Shown: positions 44,351 through 55,133, counted from the stretch's first letter. The stretch: 64,000 nucleotides of DNA from Blastocatellia bacterium (GCA_963765495.1 CAVXWP010000012.1:149097-213096); one strand, 5' to 3'. Numbers and translations are program-made. The notes: generated from the letters alone by a model not told the origin.

Positions 44351-46081
44351 ATGCGTTTTTTTTCATCTTTGATCGGTCCTCGCCGGGCAATCGTGTTCTT
44401 TATTTCGGCACTCCTTCTCGGCTTTACGAGTGTGGCTCTTGCTCATCCGCTCGGAAATTTCACGATCAACCACTACTCCCGCATTGAAACAGGCGCGGGC
44501 CGCGTGAAAATCCGCTACGTGATTGATATGGCTGAGATACCAACCTTTCAAGAGCTTCAGACGATAGATACAGACGGCGACAAACAGCCCTCAAGCGCGG
44601 AACTCGATGCCTATCTTGAACGAGTGGCGACTCAATTGACCGAAGGGCTCCGGCTCGATATTGACGGCACGCGCGTGAATCTTGAGATCGTATCGAAAAA
44701 TATAAGTATGCCTGCGGGCGCGGGCGGGCTTTCCACCCTTCGGATAGAGTGCGATCTCGCAAGCGCCGCAATCACGGGCGACCCAACCGCTACGCACCGC
44801 CTGCGATTCGAAGATACTAATTATGGGGATCGCATAGGCTGGCGCGAAATGGTCGCGAACTCGTCGGATGGAGTCACGATTTTCGATAGCTCGGTTTATG
44901 GCAACGCAGTGACCGACGAGCTTAAAGCCTATCCTCAAGATATGATCGCCGCGCCGCTCGATGAGCGTGTGGCGGAGTTTTCTTTCACCAGGGGGGCCGT
45001 CCCTTCGGGGGCCGCTCAACTATTGACCCGCGATGGACATGCGGCAACTCAGAGCCGGGACCGATTTGCCGAATTGATAGCCGTGCCTAAACTGACGCCC
45101 ACAGTGGCGCTGCTCGGATTGCTCTTTGCGGCCGTGCTCGGCAGCATCCACGCAATGTCACCCGGCCACGGCAAGACCGTTGTCGGAGCCTATCTGGTTG
45201 GGACGCGAGGTACGGCGCGTCACGCCGCGTTTCTAGGTTTGACGGTTACGATAACGCATACGCTGGGAGTGTTTGCGCTGGGACTTGTGACGCTGTTTGC
45301 CTCGCAATACATAGTCCCAGAGCAGTTGTTTCCCGTGCTCAGTCTTATATCGGGCGGAATAGTTCTGGTTATCGGGTTGAGCCTGTTCGTACGCCGTTTG
45401 CGCGCAGTGCTCCAACCTGCCGAGCACGATCATACACACGATCATGCGCACGAACACGCAGATCATGCTCCCGCCCATTCCCACTCCCTTTCTCACATCC
45501 ATTCTCATCATGAACACGCGCATGACCACGATCACGCTCATTCGCACCATACTCACACGCATACTCATACTCATGATCACGAAGATCACGATCACACTCA
45601 TTCACACCACGATCATTCGCATCACACATCAGGCATAACGCATCACGACGATGACCATCATCATCACGATCACACATCCCATTCCCCATTAACCCATTCG
45701 CACGGAGGGCGCGAGCACACGCATCTTCCTCCGGGGTCTGATGGTTCTCCTATCACCCTGCGCAGTCTTCTTGCTCTCGGCATATCGGGTGGGCTGCTGC
45801 CTTGCCCTTCGGCGCTGGTAGTCATGCTTTCCGCCATATCGCTTCACCGCGTAGGTTACGGGCTTATTCTGGTTATAGCCTTCAGCCTCGGACTTGCTGC
45901 CACGCTTACCGCCGTAGGGTTGTTGTTTGTCTACGCGCGGCGGTTTATCAGCCGCCCGATGGCGCAAAGCCGGTTAGTAAGAGTGCTGCCGGTCCTAAGC
46001 GCCCTGGTCATCGCTGTCGCGGGCGCGGTTATATGTTACGAGGCCCTGATACAGGCAGGAGTGAAATTCGCTTTGCTTTGA
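44351..46081 (+). CDS. RcnA/NicO-like nickel/cobalt transporter with periplasmic N-domain and His-rich loop
   Basis: AHPLGNFTINHY, HAMSPGHGKT, ~100-residue His-rich stretch, GGLLPCPSA. Confidence 0.88.
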   Translation: MRFFSSLIGPRRAIVFFISALLLGFTSVALAHPLGNFTINHYSRIETGAGRVKIRYVIDMAEIPTFQELQTIDTDGDKQPSSAELDAYLERVATQLTEGLRLDIDGTRVNLEIVSKNISMPAGAGGLSTLRIECDLASAAITGDPTATHRLRFEDTNYGDRIGWREMVANSSDGVTIFDSSVYGNAVTDELKAYPQDMIAAPLDERVAEFSFTRGAVPSGAAQLLTRDGHAATQSRDRFAELIAVPKLTPTVALLGLLFAAVLGSIHAMSPGHGKTVVGAYLVGTRGTARHAAFLGLTVTITHTLGVFALGLVTLFASQYIVPEQLFPVLSLISGGIVLVIGLSLFVRRLRAVLQPAEHDHTHDHAHEHADHAPAHSHSLSHIHSHHEHAHDHDHAHSHHTHTHTHTHDHEDHDHTHSHHDHSHHTSGITHHDDDHHHHDHTSHSPLTHSHGGREHTHLPPGSDGSPITLRSLLALGISGGLLPCPSALVVMLSAISLHRVGYGLILVIAFSLGLAATLTAVGLLFVYARRFISRPMAQSRLVRVLPVLSALVIAVAGAVICYEALIQAGVKFALL

Positions 46082-46170
46082 ATAGTTGGGAAGGAAAGTT
46101 CGTACACCTTTTTCTCGGATTTATATCTTAGAGCAGATTTCGTCAGAGTTCGGCTATCAGACAAGCTAAA

Positions 46171-46800
46171 TCAAGCCTGCCCGTATTTCCTGCACGCCTG
46201 AACGTAATTCATCGCTTCGATTTCGGAACAGGGCTTTAGCTCATCAAGAATTTGCCTGACGGCTTCAATCTCGGCCGAGTGTATGGATAGGGTCTGCATT
46301 CGAGCGCGTGGAAATTCTACGTCGGCTAATTCTACCCAGCCGTTGTCGAATCGAAACTGCGATCTGCTCTTGGATACCTCAACAGTAGTCACAGGCGGGG
46401 TGGTTCTGGCCAGCAAGTCTATCAGTTGATCCTCATCAAAGCTGGAGTCATCTGAAAGCTCGATGTCGGGGAGTTCGGTGTGAAGCAGCCCGGCTGCCTG
46501 CTCAAGAATTTCTCCACTCACGGGAAAGCCGTAAAAAAACTTCGCGCTTTCACTGTAAAGCTCGATAGAGCCGGGTTTGGAAACGAGCAATAATTTGAAC
46601 TTCAATAAAGCCTCGTCGCCCGATTTGCGGAGCTTTACATTGTGGTCGCTTGTTGGAGAGATCAAGTAGAGATCGCTTTCCGATTGATCTCTTATACCCA
46701 TTCTGATCGGGTGGGCCTGGATTCTGGCGTCAAGCTCATGGCTGATCGAGCCAAAGGCACGCCATTCCCATATCTCTCCTTCTTCGGGTGATTTTGCCAT
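46171..46800 (-). CDS. CYTH-like domain protein
   Basis: N-terminal EWRAFG, DLYL, NVKLR, ELADV; tunnel-metalloenzyme-like pattern. Confidence 0.55.
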   Translation of the reverse strand: MAKSPEEGEIWEWRAFGSISHELDARIQAHPIRMGIRDQSESDLYLISPTSDHNVKLRKSGDEALLKFKLLLVSKPGSIELYSESAKFFYGFPVSGEILEQAAGLLHTELPDIELSDDSSFDEDQLIDLLARTTPPVTTVEVSKSRSQFRFDNGWVELADVEFPRARMQTLSIHSAEIEAVRQILDELKPCSEIEAMNYVQACRKYGQA

Positions 46801-46857
46801 ACGAACTCGGTCTCGACTTTAATTCGCGCATTCAATTCGCGCATTCAATTTCCTGCT

Positions 46858-48189
46858 TCAATCCGCGCCCTCGGCATAGACGGCTTCGGTGGAGTCTTCT
46901 TCTGTGACAGGCGAGGGAGGCTGAAACAGATGGTCCTCGATATATTTCAAAATCTTATCGGCTGATTCGCCTTCGAGCGATAGGCGTTTGGCTTCGATGA
47001 CGATAGCGGCAAGTTCTGAGGCGCGATGGCCAAAGCGCGGGTCGGGTTTGATGAGGTCTTCGATGACCCTGATCTCGCGTTCGCCTCGCGGCGTGTCGCC
47101 CATCAAATCTATTGCGACGGCAAGCTGTTTGGGCACGGTCTTGTTATTGATTATAAGCCCGAGCGGCTGAAATTCTTCGAGGGCCTGCTCTTTCAGTTTG
47201 TCTAATCGGAGCAGGGAGTTCTTGAACGCCAGTTGACCGCGCAAGGTCAATTCGATTATAGGTCTTTGCTCGTCCTCGATCTCATCAGTAGTCGCGCATT
47301 CGCGGCGCAGAACTTCAAAGATTTCGGCTCGAATCTCTTCGGGTTTGTCTTTGCCGCTGATTTCGTGCGCTACGCGATTAAACGGGCGCTGAAAATAATC
47401 GGTGCCCGCGCTGATGAATTCCGACTTTATCTCAGACCCGGTTGTCTCTATCAGATAGGCCCCTCTGAGCACGTCAGCTTCATCAACGCTACACGCTTCG
47501 AGCGAGCCGGGGTTGAATATCCACCCTTCCAGATCAAAGCACTTGTGCGTGTGGCCGAGCGCCAGATAATCGACCGATTCGCGAAGCGGCAGGAGCTTTG
47601 CTATCGGCAGGGCATTTGGTATCGGGCGATTGACCTGCCCTTCGATGTCCGAATGCAGAAGCATTATGTTTGTAGCGCCTTCGCGGCGATTCTGCCGCAC
47701 CGCTTCGCCGAGTGCCGGGAGGACGCTGCCGATGGTGCTGCCGTACCAGTTTGTGCCGAATATGCGGGCATCGGCTACGTCGACATAAGCGCCACGGGCC
47801 TCGTCTTCGTTCCAGGCGTCGAGTTGTACCGCGCCCCCGTCGAGCCAGGTCGGCTCAAGCAGTTTCATATAACGCCATTGCGAAAAGCTGCGCAGCCAGC
47901 TAAAGCGCGATGTAGCTTCGTGCTGATCGTGATTGCCTTCGATGACGATCACGGGGATGCGCTCGCGCTCAAGCTTGCGCAGCATGAGCATTGCGTGATT
48001 TGCGGCCTGGGGGTCAACGTTGCGGCGGTCGAACAGGTCTCCGGCGATCAGCACGAAATCGACTCTTCGCCCGATAGCGAAGTTTTCGATCACCTCTTTC
48101 CACGCCCGGAAGAAATCCGCCGTTCTGTCGGGCAGGTTGTAGCGTTTGATGCCCAGATGTATATCGGCTATGTGAAGAAATTTCGCCAT
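46858..48189 (-). CDS. sbcD: SbcD/Mre11-family DNA repair exonuclease
   Basis: ADIHLG, GDLFD, GNHD, LGHTH, PGSLE. Confidence 0.85.
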   Translation of the reverse strand: MAKFLHIADIHLGIKRYNLPDRTADFFRAWKEVIENFAIGRRVDFVLIAGDLFDRRNVDPQAANHAMLMLRKLERERIPVIVIEGNHDQHEATSRFSWLRSFSQWRYMKLLEPTWLDGGAVQLDAWNEDEARGAYVDVADARIFGTNWYGSTIGSVLPALGEAVRQNRREGATNIMLLHSDIEGQVNRPIPNALPIAKLLPLRESVDYLALGHTHKCFDLEGWIFNPGSLEACSVDEADVLRGAYLIETTGSEIKSEFISAGTDYFQRPFNRVAHEISGKDKPEEIRAEIFEVLRRECATTDEIEDEQRPIIELTLRGQLAFKNSLLRLDKLKEQALEEFQPLGLIINNKTVPKQLAVAIDLMGDTPRGEREIRVIEDLIKPDPRFGHRASELAAIVIEAKRLSLEGESADKILKYIEDHLFQPPSPVTEEDSTEAVYAEGAD

Positions 48190-48253
48190 GTTATTTACGG
48201 TGCCGAATCCGACTTATAAGGACATTCGGACGAGAATCAATTATAGTCACAAG

Positions 48254-48300
48254 CCACAAAATTTGGTAATGCTTTTCGGGCGGGCCACAACTTGTGGTAA
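48254..48300. promoter_or_regulatory. Tandem NrdR-box-like operators
   Basis: CCACAAAATTTGGTAA (48254) and CCACAACTTGTGGTAA (48285), 31 bp apart. Confidence 0.5.
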
Positions 48301-48346
48301 AATTTTAAGTCAGAAACCCCGGATTTTCTCATCAGGAGTGTATCCA

Positions 48347-49411
48347 ATGTCAAAGGAAAGAATAGTGTCGAGCGGCCCCGAAGGGCCTGACGAACAGGAG
48401 TTTGAATTGAGCCTGCGCCCGAAATGGCTGGGCGAGTACATAGGGCAACAAAAGGCGAAATCGAATCTGGAAATATTTATCAAGGCCGCTCGCAAACGAG
48501 GGCAGGCGCTCGATCACGTGCTGCTTTATGGTCCGCCGGGGTTGGGCAAGACTACGCTTGCGTTTATCATCGCAAACGAAATGGGCAGCGAGGTGAAGAC
48601 CACCGCCGGGCCGGTCATCGAAAAGGCCGGGGACCTGGCCGCGCTGCTCACGAATCTGGCGGAAGGGGATGTGCTCTTCATTGACGAAATCCATCGGCTC
48701 AACCCGGCCATCGAAGAGGTCCTCTACCCGGCGATGGAAGATTATCAACTCGACATCATCATCGGGCAGGGGCCGTCGGCTCGCTCCATAAAACTCGAAT
48801 TGCCGCGTTTCACCCTCGTGGGCGCAACCACGCGCGCGGGCCTTATCAGCGCGCCTCTGCGCGGCAGGTTCGGCATCCCGCTCCACCTCGACTTTTACCC
48901 CGTAGACGATTTGCAGGTTATCGTAAATCGCTCGTCCGACATACTCGGCGTCAACATAGAGCCGAGCGGGTCGCGCGAGATAGCGAAACGTTCGCGAGGG
49001 ACCCCGCGAATTGCCAATCGTCTGCTCAGAAGGGTGCGCGACGTGGCCGAAGTCCTCTACGACGGTCGCGTGACGGATGAAGTGGCCGCCGACGCGCTCA
49101 ATCGGATGGAGGTAGACATCTACGGCCTGGATGAGATTGACCGCAAGCTTCTGCTCACGATCATAGATAAATTTGATGGTGGCCCGGTGGGGCTTGGTAC
49201 GCTCTCGGCCGCCATAAGCGAAGAGAAAGACGCTATCGAAGAGATATACGAGCCTTATCTGATCCAGATAGGATTCCTCAACCGAACACCCCGAGGACGC
49301 ACGGCGACCCGCGCCGCTTACGAGCACTTCAACTATTCCTACACGTCGCATGTAGCGCAGCTCGATCAGGCGACGCTGTTTGAAAGGGATGAGCGAAGGG
49401 ATGAGGGATGA
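48347..49411 (+). CDS. ruvB: Holliday junction branch migration helicase RuvB
   Basis: [29 protein letters not shown]. Confidence 0.97.
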   Translation: MSKERIVSSGPEGPDEQEFELSLRPKWLGEYIGQQKAKSNLEIFIKAARKRGQALDHVLLYGPPGLGKTTLAFIIANEMGSEVKTTAGPVIEKAGDLAALLTNLAEGDVLFIDEIHRLNPAIEEVLYPAMEDYQLDIIIGQGPSARSIKLELPRFTLVGATTRAGLISAPLRGRFGIPLHLDFYPVDDLQVIVNRSSDILGVNIEPSGSREIAKRSRGTPRIANRLLRRVRDVAEVLYDGRVTDEVAADALNRMEVDIYGLDEIDRKLLLTIIDKFDGGPVGLGTLSAAISEEKDAIEEIYEPYLIQIGFLNRTPRGRTATRAAYEHFNYSYTSHVAQLDQATLFERDERRDEG

Positions 49412-49516
49412 GGGATGAGGGATGAAAAAGAGTTTAAGGGAAAATTCCGATCAATTGGTTTGACCAATTGCTGATGTGTTCCCCTACAGTCCTTTTCATC
49501 CCTCATCCCTCATCCC
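49386..49516. repeat. Heptamer repeat palindrome (GGGATGA)n...(TCATCCC)n
   Basis: agggatg x4 overlapping the ruvB stop; tcatccc x3. Confidence 0.85.
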
Positions 49517-49705
49517 TCCTGAAATCCCTCAAATAATTTGCAACCTTTTTCTTGCCCGCACCACCTACCTTGTTGAAATGAAGCAGAGATGTAAAAAAGT
49601 TGTAAAAGCATGAAAATAAAGGAACCTTGCGATTCTTCTGCCGTTTGACCTGTGGAAGGCGACACGAAACGAGTTTCTTTATCGTGCAAAATTTGGAGAA
49701 TGAAG

Positions 49706-50449
49706 ATGCAGAAGATAAACCGATCAAAAGGCACGCCACTGGGAATGGCTTTCGTGTTTTTATGTCTCACGGCCATCCCTGTATCGCTCAAAGCGGTCGG
49801 CATCAATGTAAATTTTAGCCCTAGTTTAGGGGCCGTAACCGATGCCTGGCAACAGATAGCCGGGGTCTTTACTAACGACTATCAATCGGGGAATTCGAGC
49901 GAATTGATTGCCGTCAACAAACCCGCTTCCTGCGATGCCGGTGAAGCGGCTGACACGCGCCTCATAGCCCGGCTTGAGTTGCCTGAGACCGATCATATGC
50001 TGGAGCTTCGGGCGAGCGATTCCACAGCGCCGAACCTCACGGTTGAGCGAAACCAGGCGGCATCTTCGGATGCGGTTTCTCGCCACAGCGGGACGGCGAA
50101 AAGAGTTAAAGTTACTGTCGCGACAAAAGCTCGCGAGCCAAGGATGGAGTTTGTTTTCCAGAATGTGCAAATCGCGCGCGATTTGAAATCTCTGGTAGAT
50201 GAAAAAGAGATACAAGAACACGTAACCCGACAATTAAAGTTGAACCAGCGCGAAATGGAGAAGGCATTTAAGGTTTTGAAACTGAATGATCGCACAAGGT
50301 TTTTCATAAGCCTGCCGCAAGGTGTAGGCTCGAAGTGCGGCGAAAAACGCGCGCTCCCAATTCGCCCGAAGGTCGATTTTACGTGGGAAGCGCGCCCGGC
50401 GCGTGCGCCCGCTCCATCTGCCCCGGCTGTGGAGAATTCCGAGATATAG
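49706..50449 (+). CDS. Hypothetical exported/membrane-anchored protein
   Basis: Long ORF with hydrophobic N-terminal segment; start uncertain (ATG 49700 or 49706). Confidence 0.6.
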   Translation: MQKINRSKGTPLGMAFVFLCLTAIPVSLKAVGINVNFSPSLGAVTDAWQQIAGVFTNDYQSGNSSELIAVNKPASCDAGEAADTRLIARLELPETDHMLELRASDSTAPNLTVERNQAASSDAVSRHSGTAKRVKVTVATKAREPRMEFVFQNVQIARDLKSLVDEKEIQEHVTRQLKLNQREMEKAFKVLKLNDRTRFFISLPQGVGSKCGEKRALPIRPKVDFTWEARPARAPAPSAPAVENSEI

Positions 50450-50487
50450 AATCTTTCAACGCAGATTAATTCAGGCTTAATCGCATC

Positions 50488-50531
50488 AATGAAGAACGCC
50501 AGGTTTATCGCTATTCCTGGCGTTCTTCGTT
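50488..50531 (+). terminator. Intrinsic terminator-like hairpin
   Basis: gaagaacgccagg-12nt-cctggcgttcttc. Confidence 0.6.
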
Positions 50532-50725
50532 ATTGCGGGCACCTATTTCTCGCAAAGCCGCAAAGTAGGCAAAGCTTTTTCTGAGAATAAAACGGCCCTG
50601 GCTGTGACCGCTCCCTTAAATGTCATGAAACAATCCGACTTGACTTGAGCAGCAAGTGAAATATAATCGCTAATCCTGCGAATTTTTTTCATTTTGAACA
50701 TCTCATCCAAGGAGGACCACACATT

Positions 50726-53137
50726 ATGGCCGCAACCAGACAGGCGCAAGCTCAACTCGAAGAGACCAGATCAAAATCCGTTTCCGGCTCGCGCAGGCGC
50801 TGGCGGATGGTTCTTCTGATATTTCTCGCGGCGCTCATAGGCGGAGTGCTCGCTCTCGGCTTCTGGCCCACTCAGGCGGATTTCGCGGGCAACGAAGGCA
50901 CGGCCGGCGTAGGCCCCGGCGGCGGCGGGCTCCGCCGACCCTTCCCCGCTATGGTCGTACGCCCGGATAACCCCGCGCCGGTTGATCCGAAAACGGATGA
51001 AAGAGTCGCGCTTGGCCGACTGCTCTATTTCGACCCCGTTCTTTCGGGCGCTAATGACATCTCGTGCGCGACCTGCCATCACCCGGACCTCGGGTTCAGC
51101 GACGGGCGCGGACAGTCTATGGGCAAAGGCGCTCACGGGCTCGGGCCTGAGCGCGCGGGCGGAGCCGTAGTCCGTCGCGGCGCGCCTTCGTTGTGGAACG
51201 CGGCCTATAATCACATGCAGTTCTGGGATGGTCGCGCCGCCGATCTTGAACAGCAGGCCGAAGGCCCCATCACAAGCGACATCGAAATGAACCAGAACCC
51301 TGATGAGCTTGTCAGTGAATTGAAAGCCATTCCCGAATACGCGCGGCTCTTCGATTCGGCCTTCGGCGGCACGAACGGTTCAAGCATCACGCTTGCTGCC
51401 GTCACAAAGGCGGTGGCCTCATTCGAGCGAACGCTTACGGCTAACAATTCGCCCTTTGACCGCTATGTAAACGGCGACCTCGACGCGCTCACCTTAGAGC
51501 AGAAGCGCGGATTCAATCTATTTCGTTCGGGCAAGACCAGATGCTTCGAGTGTCACGGTCTGCCTACGTTTGCAAATCCCGATTTCAAGATAGTGGGCGT
51601 GCCGGATGTCAACCCTCAGGACCCGGATTACGGGCGCTTCGACGTGACCAAAGGCGAAGGCAACAAGCGAGCCTTCAAGGTCCCCACGCTTCGAAACGCC
51701 GTCCTGAACGCGCCTTATATGCACAACGGAAAGTTCAAAACGCTCGAAGAGGTGATAGATTTCTATTCGAGAGGCGGCGGGCCGGGAATGGGATTTGACA
51801 CGCCTCACCTTGACGACAAAATCAGAGCATATTCAATTTCAGCCGAAGAGAAAGCCGACCTGATCGCATTTCTCTACTCGCTTGTAGACGAAACCAATCT
51901 GCCGGAGTTTCCCTCAAGCGTGCCTTCGGGGCTTTCGGTCGTTCCGCATCTGACCAATCCTGTCCGAGAGCTTGCCCAAAAATACAACACGGGCGCTCCA
52001 CGAGAAGCCACGGCACAGCGTCCGCCTCAAACCGTCACGGTGAAGCCGGGCGAAAGCATTCAGGGGGCGGTCGACCGCGCCCGTCCCGGCGACACCATAG
52101 AGGTGATGCCCGGCACATACAGCGAAGAGATCACCATCGACCTCGACAATATAACTCTTCGCGGGCTGACGGCGGATTCAAAACCCGCCGCCCCGCATAC
52201 CGCCTTGCAATCCGCGAGCACGACTGCCGGTCAGGGCGCGAGCACGACTTTATGGCCCGTGCTTGACGGTCAGAAAAAACTCTCAGACGCGGTGATAGCC
52301 ACTGGCAGCGACTTTCACATCGAAGGCTTCGAAGTGCGAAACTATGTGGCCAACGGAGTGGTCGTGCAGAACGCGCGCGGGCCGGTCATGCGCGAGCTTA
52401 TAGTTGACACTACGGGGCTCTACGGCACTTATCCAGTAAGCTGCACCGGAGTAACTATCGAACGCGTGACCGCGACGGGGATAGCCGACGCGGCCATTTA
52501 CGTGGGCCAGTCGCGCGACATCGTAGTGCGCGACTGTGTGGCTCACGCAAATGTCACCGGCATCGAGATAGAAAACTCCGTAAACGCCCTCGTCGAAAAC
52601 AACTATGTCTATGACAACACCGGAGGCATACTGGTCTTCGTCCTGCCGAACAATCCCTCGAAAGTAGGACGCAACTGCATAGTCAGAAATAATCGCGTCA
52701 TCGAAAACAATCACCCGAACTTCGGCAATCCAAGATCAATCGTAGGCAAGGTTCCACCGGGCGGCGGAGTTCTCGTGATGGCCGCCGACAACAACGAAGT
52801 TACGGCAAACGAAATTCGCGGCAACGACTCTTACGGAGTTTCGGTCGTAAGCCTCGAAATCACGTTCCCGAAAGGAACGGCCTTCGATGTGGGGCCGGTG
52901 CCGGAAAACAACTGGATTCACGACAACACCTATGCTGATAACGGACGCCAGCCTGCCGAATCAATCACAAAATCGGGGCTGACGGGCGCGGATTTATTAT
53001 GGGATTTGAACGGCTGGTCCAACCGATGGGACGAAAAATCGGCTACGAGGGCCACGCCTGTGCTCAACGGCAGTTGGCCTACATTCGCCCGACGCGCGTA
53101 CTGGCGCGTGCTCCATTTCGCGCAGGATTATTTATAG
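50726..53137 (+). CDS. Di-heme cytochrome c peroxidase/MauG-family domain fused to a parallel beta-helix domain
   Basis: CATCH and CFECH heme motifs, FWDGR, FKVPTLRN, PYMHNG; C-terminal GIEIENS/NTGGILVF beta-helix repeats. Confidence 0.88.
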   Translation: MAATRQAQAQLEETRSKSVSGSRRRWRMVLLIFLAALIGGVLALGFWPTQADFAGNEGTAGVGPGGGGLRRPFPAMVVRPDNPAPVDPKTDERVALGRLLYFDPVLSGANDISCATCHHPDLGFSDGRGQSMGKGAHGLGPERAGGAVVRRGAPSLWNAAYNHMQFWDGRAADLEQQAEGPITSDIEMNQNPDELVSELKAIPEYARLFDSAFGGTNGSSITLAAVTKAVASFERTLTANNSPFDRYVNGDLDALTLEQKRGFNLFRSGKTRCFECHGLPTFANPDFKIVGVPDVNPQDPDYGRFDVTKGEGNKRAFKVPTLRNAVLNAPYMHNGKFKTLEEVIDFYSRGGGPGMGFDTPHLDDKIRAYSISAEEKADLIAFLYSLVDETNLPEFPSSVPSGLSVVPHLTNPVRELAQKYNTGAPREATAQRPPQTVTVKPGESIQGAVDRARPGDTIEVMPGTYSEEITIDLDNITLRGLTADSKPAAPHTALQSASTTAGQGASTTLWPVLDGQKKLSDAVIATGSDFHIEGFEVRNYVANGVVVQNARGPVMRELIVDTTGLYGTYPVSCTGVTIERVTATGIADAAIYVGQSRDIVVRDCVAHANVTGIEIENSVNALVENNYVYDNTGGILVFVLPNNPSKVGRNCIVRNNRVIENNHPNFGNPRSIVGKVPPGGGVLVMAADNNEVTANEIRGNDSYGVSVVSLEITFPKGTAFDVGPVPENNWIHDNTYADNGRQPAESITKSGLTGADLLWDLNGWSNRWDEKSATRATPVLNGSWPTFARRAYWRVLHFAQDYL

Positions 53138-53278
53138 TGATGCGTGATGCGTAACAAAGCGCGATTCTTTGACGGATACTAACAGCATTCAAAAGCTGCT
53201 CAAGAAGCATGGCAATACTGTCAAAGTTTATTTCACGCATCACGTATCACGTATCACGCATCGCGTATCACGTATCAC
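53137..53278. repeat. Heptamer repeat palindrome (CGTGAT family)
   Basis: gtgatgcgtgatgcg ... tcacgcatcacgtatcacgtatcacgcatcgcgtatcacgtatcac. Confidence 0.85.
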
Positions 53279-53293
53279 TCCTGGAGGTGATCT

Positions 53294-54187
53294 GTGGCTA
53301 CAGCAGCAACTGAAACAGAAGCCGTTAAGGGTATTGCCAGGGCTGAAGAGACAAGCCCGGTCTTCACCGCGAGCATAGCCGGACAGTGCGTAGCCGAGTT
53401 TATAGGCACGTTTGTCGTCATCTTGATTGGCGATGGAGCGGTTGCGGTCGCGGTCCTTACGGGCGCGCTCGACGGCTGGGGAGTTGCCGTTATGTGGGGG
53501 CTTGCCGTAACTTTCGGCATCTATATCGCGGGCCCTATCTCGGGCGCGCACTTCAACCCGGCGGTAACGGTTGCTATGGCTGCCTTTCGCGGGTTCCCTC
53601 TTTCAAGAATCGCTCCCTACATACTCAGTCAAATCGCGGGCGCATTCACCGCCGCCGCGTGTATTTATGCGATGTGGGGAGGTTTTTGGGCGCAGACGGC
53701 GGCAAAGCTCAACATAGAAGTAGGCCAGCCGGGCAGCCAGAAACTCATGATGGCTTTCTCGTGTTTCTATCCCAATCCCGGCGGAGCGGGGACTGATGCG
53801 GCAGCAATGTCTTTGATAGGCACGGGCGGCGCGTTCTTTGTCGAAGTCGTGCTCACGATGTTTTTGCTAATGATGATCTTCGCGCTCACAGAACCCGATA
53901 ACCCCGGCCTGCCACAAGCAGGGATCGGGCCGGTGTTTATAGGGCTGACCGTCACCGCGATAGTGGGTGTAGGAGCGCCGATCACGATGGACGCGGTAAA
54001 CCCTGTTCGAGATTTTGGTCCGCGATTGTTCGCCTATGTGGCCGGGTACGGACGCATAGCCTTTCCGGGTCCGCGCGGCAATGAATGGTGGCTCTACATA
54101 CTCGCGCCTGTAGTTGGAGGACTCATCGGCGCGGGCCTTTATAAACACGTAGTGCGTAGGTTCCTGCCTCCCGCGTCAGAAAGATGA
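53294..54187 (+). CDS. MIP-family aquaglyceroporin (GlpF-like)
   Basis: SGAHFNPAVT and NPVRDFGPR. Confidence 0.88.
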   Translation: MATAATETEAVKGIARAEETSPVFTASIAGQCVAEFIGTFVVILIGDGAVAVAVLTGALDGWGVAVMWGLAVTFGIYIAGPISGAHFNPAVTVAMAAFRGFPLSRIAPYILSQIAGAFTAAACIYAMWGGFWAQTAAKLNIEVGQPGSQKLMMAFSCFYPNPGGAGTDAAAMSLIGTGGAFFVEVVLTMFLLMMIFALTEPDNPGLPQAGIGPVFIGLTVTAIVGVGAPITMDAVNPVRDFGPRLFAYVAGYGRIAFPGPRGNEWWLYILAPVVGGLIGAGLYKHVVRRFLPPASER

Positions 54188-54304
54188 TTGCGTGAGTTGG
54201 GACAAGCCGCTCTGTTTCAGGTTATATCCAACCGATGATTTTCGATGCCGAACTGTCCGGGGCCAGCCAGTAAGAAGTGAGTAATCCGCGTCTGCTACAT
54301 CCGT

Positions 54305-54718
54305 TTATATCTTGAAAAGTTTATCGAATGCCGAACGCGGGTCTTTGCCGCCTGTGGCTGTGGTGGTTGTTTCGCGCTCGATGGTCTTGCGCGGTTCGAA
54401 TGACTCGCACTCGTTGCGCAGGTCTTTCTTCGCTATCCGTTCGGTGATCGGCTTGCGGCATTGAAATCGTGCGCCGGGGTCGAAGCTCACGCAATTTTTG
54501 CACGAGTGCAGATCGGAGTGGCATTTGGGACATTGCGCGTCCAGGGCTATGCCGTCGATCTCTATGTTTACCTGCATGCCGCATAGGGCGCATCGGGTGA
54601 CTTCACGAAATGCCGGCATCTTCGGGGAGCGCACATCGCTTCGCGGAGGGACGGCAGGACGCGGTCTCATATCTTTATCATCCTGTTGATAACCGCGCTG
54701 TTTGTACTTTCTTTCCAT
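54305..54718 (-). CDS. Cys-rich (Zn-ribbon) hypothetical protein
   Basis: CxxC...CxxC...HxCxxC...C...C; SD GGAGG. Confidence 0.75.
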   Translation of the reverse strand: MERKYKQRGYQQDDKDMRPRPAVPPRSDVRSPKMPAFREVTRCALCGMQVNIEIDGIALDAQCPKCHSDLHSCKNCVSFDPGARFQCRKPITERIAKKDLRNECESFEPRKTIERETTTTATGGKDPRSAFDKLFKI

Positions 54719-55094
54719 AAAACCTCCTATACTTGATAGGCAATTGCAATTTTAATGATTGAGACTTCTTTCGGTCAGCCTTGTAAGTTGAAGTACTGCA
54801 CAGGTTGAAGTCCGAAGAATATTGGACGCTTAGGACTCTTCCTTTGAATCAATCAGAACCTGGTATCGGGATTTCCCAGACCGATAGAGGTGACAATTCC
54901 CTTATACAACATCCGCAACAGGTAATCAACAGGTTTAATCAATTTCGGACAATAATTCCCGCGATAATTTCTGTGATTGCCCGGCACATCGGTTGCGCCG
55001 GGCGGTTAAGTTTTTGTAAACCCGAAGAGAAATATCTGCACTGTATGGTCATTGAGAATTTCAGCCCGACTCGCAATTCAAGAAATCACGAGCA

Positions 55095-55124
55095 TTGACA
55101 AATCCGAGTTGCGATCAGTAGAAT
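55095..55124 (+). promoter_or_regulatory. Sigma70 promoter of tRNA-Lys
   Basis: TTGACA-18 bp-TAGAAT just upstream of the tRNA. Confidence 0.7.
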
Positions 55125-55133
55125 GCATCCTTC

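Noticed and set aside
45420-45730. Low-complexity CAC/CAT-rich DNA as a non-coding repeat
   Set aside because: Explained by the His-rich loop of the Ni/Co transporter.
19146-49351. Long antisense ORFs (19146-19988, 23312-24154, 25731-27011, 47233-48219, 48350-49351)
   Set aside because: Shadows of well-supported genes on the opposite strand in GC-rich DNA, with no recognisable motifs.
54805-55098. 97-aa plus-strand ORF before the tRNA
   Set aside because: TTG start, no SD or motifs, and it overlaps the tRNA promoter; probably spurious.
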